From: Methanobacteriota archaeon
Lineage (GTDB): Archaea > Thermoplasmatota > Poseidoniia > Poseidoniales > Poseidoniaceae
DNA: 49,509 nt
Assembly (NCBI GenBank): GCA_009936765.1
Contig: JAACDL010000033.1
Coordinates: 1-49,509, forward strand
Reading direction: 5' to 3'
Position numbers and translations under genes: made by a program. Shown here in pieces: positions 41,452 to 49,509 of the stretch (positions are counted from its first letter, which is position 1; every line of letters starts with the position of its first letter). Under the pieces are notes generated by a model. That model did no database searches. It had not been told where the DNA came from and saw only the letters and a list, made by a program, of their open reading frames with translations.

Positions 41452-43149
41452 ATGTCAGATTATGAAGCACATGTATCTGAGGTCATAAAACAAGTCCCGG
41501 AAGCTGATCCTGAAAAGGTGGCTGAGGCTTTTGCAAGGTATGAGAAAGATTTCTTGATACCACCAGAAGATGCTATGCGTTCAGTACTAAGAAGATTCCA
41601 ATCAGACACAGGAGTTGCTCAGCCAAGCAATGTCCAATCTAACAATACTCAAAGACAGTCTGCACCAATCAAAAAAGCAAGTAAATTATCAGAACTAACA
41701 TCTGAAGATAGAAATGTAGAGATTGAGGTTGAAATTGTAACCCATAACCCAAGGACTACAATGGTACGAGGAGAAGAAAAGATTGTCCCATACGGACTAC
41801 TGGAAGACCAACCATGGTCAGAAGGTGGAGATAGAACAAGATGGGAATTCAAGGACTGGGGTAACAACCCGAATATTGCTCCCGGTGCTGTAGTAAGACT
41901 AGAAGGGGTTTCAGTCAATGAATATCAAGGCAGAATGAGCCTTAACATCAACCAAGCGAGCCGAGTTGTGGTACTTCGTGAAGGTGAGAGAACTGTCACC
42001 ACTCCTGGTGAACCTGTTGAGATTAACAAGATCAAAAACCCAGGTAATGCTACTGTCGTAGGGAGACTATTGGCAAGTAGAAAGGACCAGATTCATCGCA
42101 AAGATGGCTCAGGTTCTATAGACATTGTAAGAGGCCGCATTGCAGATGACACCGGCGCTATTGGATTCCTTTCATGGGAATCTTTTGACCATGAAATTGG
42201 AACATTATTGAAATTTGAAAATGCTCAAGTTAAGGTATTTAGAGACACTCCGGAGATTAACATTGGTACATCCACAAGAATCGAAGTATTCCACGATTCC
42301 AATTTCGCATCAGCAGATGACTTAGTGGCACGTTCAGTCAGTAAGATTGAAGATTTAAGAGACGGTTCAAGAGATGTAGAAATTATCGTAGAAGTCCAGA
42401 AGATGATTAGAAGAGATTTCAAAGGTAAAGATGGAGAAGACAAGAGCGTATGGTCAGGAGATATCGCAGATCCTACTGGGAAATGCCGATGTTCTATTTG
42501 GTCCGAGCCTCCATTTGACTTCGAAGCAACTCCAGTTGTTGTAAGATTGCGAGGAGTAAGAGTTAGAGCATGGCAAGGAATACCCGATATTACAATTGAC
42601 GATGTATCACAAATCGAGATACTCGCAGCAGCTCCTTGGGGCGATGATGTAGACTTGACTAACAATGTGGTTGATGTCCCTCTAACTGACCTTGCAACAG
42701 GTGCAAGCCGGGTAGGAATATCGACAACTGGGCATGTAATTTCCATCAGAGAGGATTCTGGAATAATTAGCCGGTGTACGGAATGTCGTCGCGTTTTGAG
42801 GGATGGTGAATGTGCAACTCATGGAAAGCAAGATGGTAATTCTGATGTTAGAATTCGAATGGTACTCGATGATGGCAACTCAACAATATCGCTGATTATT
42901 AACAAAGAGGCATCTGAATTACTGATCAATATGAATCAAGAAGCCATAACTTCTCACATAAATGAAAATGGTACTATGGCTTTCGTACAGGAACTTAGAG
43001 AAATGTTGCTAGGACGCCAACTAAAGGCATCTGGCAGAACAATAGTGGATGAACAAGGAGCAATGCTTCTATCTGACGCAGTAGAATTAATGGATGTTGA
43101 TTCTGCTTTAGTTGCTGCCGAACTAAGAGCAAAATGGGGAGTGGTTTGA
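41452..43149 (+). CDS. rpa: Replication protein A (multi-OB-fold ssDNA-binding protein with zinc finger)
   Basis: Four OB-like blocks (e.g. VVRLEGVSVNEYQGRMSLNI, IVRGRIADDTGAIGFLSWE, SGDIADPTGKCRCSIW...VRLRGVRVRAWQG). Zinc finger CTECRRVLRDGECATH. The ATG at 41452 lies 7 nt after GAGGTG (track start GTG at 41443). Confidence 0.85.
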   Translation: MSDYEAHVSEVIKQVPEADPEKVAEAFARYEKDFLIPPEDAMRSVLRRFQSDTGVAQPSNVQSNNTQRQSAPIKKASKLSELTSEDRNVEIEVEIVTHNPRTTMVRGEEKIVPYGLLEDQPWSEGGDRTRWEFKDWGNNPNIAPGAVVRLEGVSVNEYQGRMSLNINQASRVVVLREGERTVTTPGEPVEINKIKNPGNATVVGRLLASRKDQIHRKDGSGSIDIVRGRIADDTGAIGFLSWESFDHEIGTLLKFENAQVKVFRDTPEINIGTSTRIEVFHDSNFASADDLVARSVSKIEDLRDGSRDVEIIVEVQKMIRRDFKGKDGEDKSVWSGDIADPTGKCRCSIWSEPPFDFEATPVVVRLRGVRVRAWQGIPDITIDDVSQIEILAAAPWGDDVDLTNNVVDVPLTDLATGASRVGISTTGHVISIREDSGIISRCTECRRVLRDGECATHGKQDGNSDVRIRMVLDDGNSTISLIINKEASELLINMNQEAITSHINENGTMAFVQELREMLLGRQLKASGRTIVDEQGAMLLSDAVELMDVDSALVAAELRAKWGVV

Positions 43150-44091
43150 TTGCAGCCAGAGAAGAGAGCTAGAAGGCAGCCTGCTTGGCACATGCTAGCA
43201 TCAGAATTTAGTGACTCGACATTACACCAGCAAGGCTCCGGTGAATTCGACCCACTATTTGTCATCACAAAGTTGGGGGCTAAAGTGAACCGACTAGTAG
43301 TGGCTGGACTTCTTGAGAGATTAGAACCAAGAGAAACCTCGAATGGGGCAACTCTATGGCAAGGCCAACTAAGAGATCCATCAGGATTACATTACTTCTC
43401 AGTTGGAGATTATGCACCAGAGGCAATGCGTGAACTAACTGTCCAATTAGCATCAAGAATTGATGATGGAGAAACTGTCATGCTGATAATGACTGCAAAA
43501 GCGAGATATTTCCAAAATGATGAGGGAGCAGTATACACTAGCCTTCGCCCAGAAGAGGCCGCCGTTATTACCAGGTCGAATTACCGAAATTGGCTAGTAA
43601 AGGCAGCAGAGGGACTACTTGAAAGAATGGATGCTCATGATAAATCCTCATCTCTTGAGCAAAACCTCCAGTCTTTAGCTTCTGCAGGAATACCAGAAAA
43701 CCTTCGTGAAGGTATTTTGCTTGCACACGAGCATTATGGTGAAATAGACTTGGAAACTTATAGACTCAATATCATGCAAACACTGGATATTGCAGAAGAC
43801 AAGATGCCAACAGCAACTGCACCTAAAGCGCCAACTCCACAAACCAGTTTGGATGTCGCTGATGAATCATCAGCAGCAGATAACGCAGGTGGAGGGACCG
43901 ATTTGAAGCAAGTTATGCTCGACTTAATTTCTAGGTTAGATCAAGGCGAAGGGGTCGATTTTGACACGCTTCTCTCTAACGCTGCAGCAAGAGGGCATGA
44001 TAGAGATGCTGCTGAGTCAAGCTTAGATGATTTGTCAGAAGAGGGCACTGTTCATGAACCAAGATTTGGATGGTTTAAGATAACAGTTTGA
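43150..44091 (+). CDS. rpap: RPA-associated protein (Rpap, COG3390-type OB-fold protein)
   Basis: AWHMLASEFSDSTLHQQGSGEFDPLFVITKLGAKVNRLVVAGLLERLE resembles the N-terminal block of haloarchaeal Rpap proteins. It immediately follows rpa (0-nt gap, TTG start), as in rpa-rpap operons. Confidence 0.6.
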   Translation: MQPEKRARRQPAWHMLASEFSDSTLHQQGSGEFDPLFVITKLGAKVNRLVVAGLLERLEPRETSNGATLWQGQLRDPSGLHYFSVGDYAPEAMRELTVQLASRIDDGETVMLIMTAKARYFQNDEGAVYTSLRPEEAAVITRSNYRNWLVKAAEGLLERMDAHDKSSSLEQNLQSLASAGIPENLREGILLAHEHYGEIDLETYRLNIMQTLDIAEDKMPTATAPKAPTPQTSLDVADESSAADNAGGGTDLKQVMLDLISRLDQGEGVDFDTLLSNAAARGHDRDAAESSLDDLSEEGTVHEPRFGWFKITV

Positions 44092-44152
44092 CCACTATTA
44101 CTCCAACAGGTTGAAGTTCTGTTCGCGTCCTCATCAGTTTACAGGTGAGATT

Positions 44153-44506
44153 GTGGCAGGAACTGATTTCTTTATCCGCCCAGCAAGTGGGACATCTAGT
44201 ACCGACTGGCTTAGGCTTCCAGACGCAGATATTAGTGTTGTAATTACTAGGAGGATTACACGTACAGTTCTCCATGGAGGAGAGGGTGATGATCTTGTAG
44301 ATGAAGGCGCAGAGTCGGCTGTATACACTGTTCGTGGCGAAATGAGCCACGATGAATACAAGAAAATCTTGAAGATGTTCAGAAGTGGACAACCATACAT
44401 TCACGATCCTTACGAAGAAAGGGATGTGAAAACCGTTTTTGGTAGAATTGAATATGATGGTTCCAAGAACACTTACACATTCGAATTTATTGAAGATATA
44501 CGCTGA
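44153..44506 (+). CDS. Orphan small soluble protein (117 aa from GTG 44153; 131 aa if TTG 44111)
   Basis: The GTG at 44153 lies 4 nt after AGGTGA, the same geometry as the gyrB start. No TM segment, no class III signal peptide and no recognised motif. Two antisense track ORFs cover the same DNA but lack SD or operon context. Confidence 0.45.
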   Translation: MAGTDFFIRPASGTSSTDWLRLPDADISVVITRRITRTVLHGGEGDDLVDEGAESAVYTVRGEMSHDEYKKILKMFRSGQPYIHDPYEERDVKTVFGRIEYDGSKNTYTFEFIEDIR

Positions 44507-44516
44507 GGTGCAGTAG

Positions 44517-45089
44517 ATGAGGTCATTGGATGAGTCTAGAGAAATACTCTATGTCATCAGAACTTTAGATGTCCTAATGGGCTCAGGAGTAGGTCTTGAA
44601 GCAGCAATTCATTCAATATCCCAAGGAGGATATGGAATTATTTCGAAAGACTTTGCAGTATTGATGGAGAACATCAACAAAGGAAAGCCAATGGAAAGAG
44701 AACTCCGTGCACTACTGAAGAAAGCTGAAAATGATGGCTACAAAAGAGTCATCAATACAATGCTCAACAATGTAACACAGAATACTGACATTATCGAAAC
44801 TTTGCGTAAGCAAGGCGAAAGGATGGAAGAAACTCGTACTGAGGCTGTGAAAGAATATATCGAAGAGCTTGGAGGAGTCCCTGAAACTCTTCTATCCATC
44901 GGAATGATAGGACCTATTATTCTATCAATTCTAGGAATTGCACCACAACTGATGGAAGGCGCTGAAGAATTGTTTGGAACAATGAACCAAGGCACGATTA
45001 TGACCATCGTTAATGCTGGACTATTTTTTACATTGGCAGGGATGGCAATGATTGGATTAAAGGCCCACACAAAGGACCCGGGGTTGTGA
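44517..45089 (+). CDS. Half-size type IV filament platform protein (single T2SSF domain, TadC/EpdK-like)
   Basis: A cytoplasmic helical bundle (LYVIRTLDVLMGSGVGLEAAIHSIS...INKGKPMERELRAL...) followed by TM segments gives a single-T2SSF-domain layout. SD GAGGTG lies 6 nt upstream. Confidence 0.6.
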   Translation: MRSLDESREILYVIRTLDVLMGSGVGLEAAIHSISQGGYGIISKDFAVLMENINKGKPMERELRALLKKAENDGYKRVINTMLNNVTQNTDIIETLRKQGERMEETRTEAVKEYIEELGGVPETLLSIGMIGPIILSILGIAPQLMEGAEELFGTMNQGTIMTIVNAGLFFTLAGMAMIGLKAHTKDPGL

Positions 45090-45093
45090 TACA

Positions 45094-45825
45094 ATGATTT
45101 TCGGTATTCTTGAGATGTTTAGAAATGAACCACTTTTGTTGTTCATAATAACTCTAGGAGTTGCGTGTGCTATTGGTGGCATACCACCTATTATTGAGAG
45201 GCAACGTAGAAGATCTATTGAAAATGACCTCCCTGCTTTACTCGAAGCTTTGTCAGATTCACTAGGAGCGGGTTTGGGACTTCAACAAGCAATGATGGCT
45301 GAAGCCGACAGGAACAATGGGAAATTAGGCAAAATGCTAAAGGAAACCTTAGCAGAAAGTCATGCATCAACTTTCGATGCTGCACTTTCAAACTTTGCAA
45401 CTAAGTCTCGTTCATCCCAGGTTCAAAGAGTAATGCACCTTATTTCAACTGCTATAGAACAAGATGCTCCGTTGAGGAACATCTTGGCCGACATGTCTAG
45501 AGACTACGAAAGGTTGAATGATTTAATGAATAGAAGAGAATCTGATTTGATGGGTAGATCTATTCTAATTATCATGTTCGTTTCTGTAGGACTTCCTTTT
45601 CTAATTGCATTCATTGTTGGCCTATTCGCACCAAGAAGCCAGGGATTCCAACTTGAAGACTTCAACTCATCATTCACTATGTTCTTCGGAGCAGCATCTC
45701 TTGTTGCGATTGGAGTTAGTGGAAGAATGCTGGGTAGGATGCGCTCAGCACTATGGTGGGCACCATTATGGATGGCAGTTTCTATGACTATCTATCACGT
45801 TGGAGTTCAAGTAATAGGAGGTTGA
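45094..45825 (+). CDS. Half-size type IV filament platform protein (single T2SSF domain, TadB/EpdJ-like)
   Basis: N-terminal TM, then the helical T2SSF core (DLPALLEALSDSLGAGLGLQQAMM...APLRNILADMSRDYE), then 3 C-terminal TM segments. 4 nt after the previous gene. Confidence 0.6.
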   Translation: MIFGILEMFRNEPLLLFIITLGVACAIGGIPPIIERQRRRSIENDLPALLEALSDSLGAGLGLQQAMMAEADRNNGKLGKMLKETLAESHASTFDAALSNFATKSRSSQVQRVMHLISTAIEQDAPLRNILADMSRDYERLNDLMNRRESDLMGRSILIIMFVSVGLPFLIAFIVGLFAPRSQGFQLEDFNSSFTMFFGAASLVAIGVSGRMLGRMRSALWWAPLWMAVSMTIYHVGVQVIGG

Positions 45826-45829
45826 ATAA

Positions 45830-47065
45830 ATGGAAAAAATATTGGATCAATATGGAAGAGTCACAATCTACATGGAAGGAAATCATCCAGCACCTATGTA
45901 TCACGTTGATGGAGGTGTTGAACCCAATCCATATGGCAATCTGGCAGCATTACTCGAGGATGACAATCTGGAAGAAGTGATGTACAATGGAGGCGCACAG
46001 TGCGTTAAAGTTGCTCATAGAGATCACGGCATGTGTAGAACAAATGTTTGGGTTGATGACCAACAAGGTATTGAAATTTCAAAGAATATCGCTGCATTTA
46101 CATCTGTACCCCTCGGAGATGGCCCCGGAATGGTCCCCATTTTCGATGGCAGATTACCAGATGGTAGCAGAGTAAACGGCACAATACCTCCCGTATCCCC
46201 TGACGGACCGACTCTTACTATTCGTAAATTCAGAGAAGACCCGCTAACAATGATTGATCTGATTAAGTTTGGAACTGTAAATCTTAGATTAGCAGCAATG
46301 ATGTGGGTTTGGATTGAAGGATTGGACAGTAGACCTGCAAATTTCGTCATAGCAGGAGGAACTGGTTCTGGAAAGACCACTACTCTGAATTGTCTTGGAA
46401 TGTATATTCCTTGGCACAAGCGCCTCCTGACAGTAGAAGATACTGCTGAATTACAAGTCTACCATGATCACTGGCTGCGAATGGAAACACGCAGAGAAAG
46501 GCCTGATGGAACACCTGCAGTTGACATGAATGATTGCCTGAAGTCTAGCCTAAGAATGCGACCTGACAGAATAATTGTGGGAGAAGTTCGTTCTAGCGAA
46601 GCTGCAACTTTACTTACCGCAATGAATACTGGTCACGATGGTTCATTCGGTTCTCTGCACGCAAATACTGCAATGGAAACAATAACCAGGATGATTAATC
46701 CTCCAATGAATGTACCACCGATTATGCTAACTGGTCTTGACCTGATTATTATTCAGGCCAGACTACACGTAAACGGTAAGACTGCAAGAAAAATTACTGA
46801 AGTTGCAGAAGTTGCCGGTATGGAAGGAGATAAGCCTAGATTGAATGCAATATGGAAGTATAATGCTGCAACAGATACAATCGAGGAAACTGGAATTCCC
46901 TCAAAGATGCGAGAAACTATTTGCAAAGCAGCAGGGATTACTCCTGCTCAGTTCGAGCAATACGTAACACAGAGAGAACAAATTCTTGCTGATCTAATTC
47001 GAAGAGACATTAGAGACATTGAGACTGTTACTAAAGTCATCCAAAGTTTCTACGCCTCTCGTTAA
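45830..47065 (+). CDS. Type IV filament / type II secretion family ATPase (T2SSE; CpaF/TadA/EpdL-size, no long FlaI-type N-domain)
   Basis: Walker A AGGTGSGKTT, Asp box VEDTAEL, Walker B RPDRIIVGEVR, His box TGHDGSFGSLHAN. SD GGAGGT lies 7 nt upstream. Confidence 0.9.
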   Translation: MEKILDQYGRVTIYMEGNHPAPMYHVDGGVEPNPYGNLAALLEDDNLEEVMYNGGAQCVKVAHRDHGMCRTNVWVDDQQGIEISKNIAAFTSVPLGDGPGMVPIFDGRLPDGSRVNGTIPPVSPDGPTLTIRKFREDPLTMIDLIKFGTVNLRLAAMMWVWIEGLDSRPANFVIAGGTGSGKTTTLNCLGMYIPWHKRLLTVEDTAELQVYHDHWLRMETRRERPDGTPAVDMNDCLKSSLRMRPDRIIVGEVRSSEAATLLTAMNTGHDGSFGSLHANTAMETITRMINPPMNVPPIMLTGLDLIIIQARLHVNGKTARKITEVAEVAGMEGDKPRLNAIWKYNAATDTIEETGIPSKMRETICKAAGITPAQFEQYVTQREQILADLIRRDIRDIETVTKVIQSFYASR

Positions 47066-48777
47066 TCGTTTGAAAGATTCAGACGAGCAAGTAATTCGTC
47101 AACACCATCGATTTTAGTTCTTAGTGAGTTGACTCTATCAGAAGCATCTGCAACAGATTCTGCTAATTCCAGATCATCATCCAAGACCTCTTCGTCACCA
47201 TCGGTGCGGAATTGCTGAGCAAGTCTCTTCAAATCTGAAATTATTGAATCGACCTCGGTGTCTGATACTTTTATTCCAGGAGCAATTCTTGGAATTTCCG
47301 AAGGCGAAATATGCCCTAATTCTGCCCCAACGACTCCAGCCGCAGCGACTACTCTCGGCCTTAATTCAGCATTATTGACTGCATATCCTTTCTTTTCAAG
47401 GAATCTGATTACTAAAGTCTGCTCTGTGTCACCATAATGGCCGCCTGCCTTCTTCAAAACGGCTTCAACTAATTGTTCAAAGCCATCTATATTGCGTTCT
47501 AAACGATCTAGAGTTCTTCTTTCATTAGGCTGCAAGTGGATAGCACCATGTTGTAACAATCTTGCTACTCTAGTTCTTCTAGCGGTTCTAGGATCACTTG
47601 CTGCAATTTCTTCATCTAATGAGATTTGTAAATCAAATAGTGCGTGTATTCTACCCGAAACTGAAGGTAGGCTCATGTCCAAATACAATTCTCTAGCCTT
47701 TTCTTCAAATGCCATTCTAGCTTTGACCATGTGGCCGTCATGAGATATTATCAATTCAGGAAGAGCATCCCTAAGCAACTCTCTTGCTTCCTCGAAATGC
47801 CGCAATGCTTCTCTTTCTCTCCAGGAGTTTGGCATTTTATGCATAGCATCTTTTTCTGCTTTGGCTATTGCATCGAGAGAATAAAGTCTGGCCTTGACAT
47901 AATCTGCTGCGTTTTCATCATTAACTGGCAAGCCATGTCTTCCAAGGCTAGAAATGAATGCATTTACATCTTCAGAGTCATCGATTGAACCAACTAAAAG
48001 ATAATCTCGGCAAAGGGCATCTATCTCTGCAGTTCTACCCTCAATCTCGATTACAGAAGCCGTTATTTCAACAACTGGTGCAACTGGGGCAACTGCCGAA
48101 ACTACCACTGTAGGAATTGTTTCCACGGCAGTTGGAGGGGAGATATCGATTATCTCGACTTCATCTTGTTCAACTATGTCCTCTATTACTTCGATTTGAT
48201 TTGATTCAAGAATGACCGTTGGTCCAGCAACTTGTTGAATCTCAACAACCGGTTTGACCACTGCTTCATATTCATCGGATGGTGAAGGAATTGTAACTGC
48301 TTTTGGTTTACCTCTAGGTCTTCGCAAACTTTTCTTGATTGACCCCCAAGAGCCCGATTGAGATGTTAATACTCCAGCAACCCTCATCAGTAGAGCTTGT
48401 TTTGTCCCAGAACGTGGTAGGTCTAATTTAGAGCACAACTCATGAAGTTGATCTCTTGAGAGAGTATCTAATTTCTCAGGAGTTAATTGCTTAGCATCGT
48501 GATTGAGGTGCAAAAATAGACGTTGCCTCCTCTCTCTAATCGAACCAGATTTTTTGACCCCAAAGACTGCTAAGACATCACCTAATTGGTTATTTAATAT
48601 GGAATCTATACCATCTGGAGTTAAATCCCACTCATCTAAAACGAGGTCTGCAATCAGTTTAGCGCGTAGTACTTCTACGGAACCATTTCTAGAAAGTCCG
48701 TGCCCTGCACAGATTTCTTTCAGGCGGTCTAACCTAGCCTGATGAAGTTCAGAAAGAAGGGTTTGCTTGTCGTTCAT
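47062..48777 (-). CDS. Protein with three tandem SAP/HeH-like motifs and an AT-hook-like RRPRGKPK, plus a long helical C-terminal region of unknown function
   Basis: LKEICAGHGLSRNGSVEVLRAKLIADL, LAVFGVKKSGSIRERRQRLFLHL and LHELCSKLDLPRSGTKQALLMRVAGVL fit the SAP pattern (L..L....GL...G.K..L+.RL). The ATG at 48777 lies 6 nt after GGAGGT (the track start at 48831 is TTG). Confidence 0.55.
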   Translation of the reverse strand: MNDKQTLLSELHQARLDRLKEICAGHGLSRNGSVEVLRAKLIADLVLDEWDLTPDGIDSILNNQLGDVLAVFGVKKSGSIRERRQRLFLHLNHDAKQLTPEKLDTLSRDQLHELCSKLDLPRSGTKQALLMRVAGVLTSQSGSWGSIKKSLRRPRGKPKAVTIPSPSDEYEAVVKPVVEIQQVAGPTVILESNQIEVIEDIVEQDEVEIIDISPPTAVETIPTVVVSAVAPVAPVVEITASVIEIEGRTAEIDALCRDYLLVGSIDDSEDVNAFISSLGRHGLPVNDENAADYVKARLYSLDAIAKAEKDAMHKMPNSWREREALRHFEEARELLRDALPELIISHDGHMVKARMAFEEKARELYLDMSLPSVSGRIHALFDLQISLDEEIAASDPRTARRTRVARLLQHGAIHLQPNERRTLDRLERNIDGFEQLVEAVLKKAGGHYGDTEQTLVIRFLEKKGYAVNNAELRPRVVAAAGVVGAELGHISPSEIPRIAPGIKVSDTEVDSIISDLKRLAQQFRTDGDEEVLDDDLELAESVADASDRVNSLRTKIDGVDELLARLNLSND

Positions 48778-48960
48778 TTGCATACCTCCATTATGCCTCC
48801 ACTCCTCTCCATATTTGAGGTTGCACCCCAACGAATGCCATTAGAGGCTGATTATTGAAGGGTAATTTTGCTGTCATGGCCCCTACGGGGCCGAGAAAAT
48901 AGGGTGATTAAGGGCAATACATTCAAACCTCTACATCTCCGAGTGATGTGAGGGAGATTG

Positions 48961-49509
48961 TTGGGGCGTAACGAAAGGGCTGCAAAAACTACGTTGAAAG
49001 AAGCCACTGCTCTCGCTATTGGCATTATAGATAATGTCAGGCATGACCTTAGGCGAGAAGAAGTTCGTTTAGAAGAAGAAATGCGTGAAAGAGTTGAAGC
49101 TGTACAGGCAATTCTGAATGAAGTCGCCAGTATCCAAGATGCAATAGTTGCGGGAGCATCAGAGGTCAAAAGGGAATTAGAGAAATCCAAAAAGAAGATG
49201 GTTAAAACCGGAGATCGAGAGTTTATGGCGACACAAATAATTGGTTCTGCCGCCCGTCTAGGCGAACTTAGGATTCTCCACCTAGATGCCGTTAACAGAA
49301 TCCAAGGAGTACTTGCAAGGCCGCCTTCAGCAGTAGATATCATTGAACGTATGACCAAGGATTTGCTGAAATTATCTGGTTCATGGGAATCATCTGCCAG
49401 AGAAATCGATGAGGCCATCGCAGATGTTGTCGATGTTAACGCACCGATTGAGATGGTAGAACTATCTAGAGAATTAAACAATAACGGATACGACCTTATT
49501 CTTGCAGGA
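48961..49509 (+). CDS. Hypothetical coiled-coil protein, 3'-truncated by the window edge (not in the ORF track)
   Basis: The frame is open from the TGA at 48949 to the window end. Translation: LGRNERAAKTTLKEATALAIGIIDNVRHDLRREEVRLEEEMRERVEAVQAIL...ELSRELNNNGYDLILAG. Possible starts are TTG at 48958 or 48961, after GAGGGAG. The Ser-rich 209-aa minus-strand track ORF is its antisense shadow. Confidence 0.5.
   Translation, partial: MGRNERAAKTTLKEATALAIGIIDNVRHDLRREEVRLEEEMRERVEAVQAILNEVASIQDAIVAGASEVKRELEKSKKKMVKTGDREFMATQIIGSAARLGELRILHLDAVNRIQGVLARPPSAVDIIERMTKDLLKLSGSWESSAREIDEAIADVVDVNAPIEMVELSRELNNNGYDLILAG

Noticed and set aside
48852-49481. A 209-aa Ser-rich minus-strand ORF at the right edge.
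   Set aside because: Low-complexity antisense image of the plus-strand coiled-coil ORF that runs off the window.

Overview
This is a very gene-dense chromosomal segment with about 40 protein-coding genes. I saw no rRNA, tRNA, CRISPR array, transposase or integrase. The gene content points to a euryarchaeon: Hel308, Cgi121, a multi-OB RPA with a COG3390-type partner, an HTH_10 (Bat-like) regulator and a halocyanin. Bacterial-type genes are also present (gyrB/gyrA, a class II CCA-adding enzyme). The many exported or membrane peptidases (M61, M28, a 1392-aa MA-clan/PKD surface protein, TldD/PmbA, an M14-like enzyme) suggest a marine group II (Poseidoniales-like) heterotroph, but this lineage assignment is inference only. 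Most genes have an AGGTGA/GGAGGT Shine-Dalgarno 4-7 nt upstream of the start, and I used this to refine several starts. Main observations: (1) A tight co-directional cluster joins RPA, an RPA-associated protein and an orphan small protein to a pilin-less Tad/Epd-like type IV filament core (two half-size platform proteins plus a short ATPase). A protein with three SAP motifs and an AT-hook-like motif converges on it. This may be a DNA-handling membrane machine, though adjacency is weak evidence in a genome this compact. (2) gyrB carries a single in-frame TAG at a conserved acidic position, in an otherwise intact gene that overlaps gyrA. (3) All seven convergent gene pairs abut or overlap at their stop codons. 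(4) The only long non-coding gap (332 nt) lies upstream of gyrB. (5) Several proteins are divergent or fused: a Tmk-like kinase with a 240-aa tail, a PIMT-like protein with an altered SAM motif, a Cys-less redoxin domain, and an EF-hand membrane protein.
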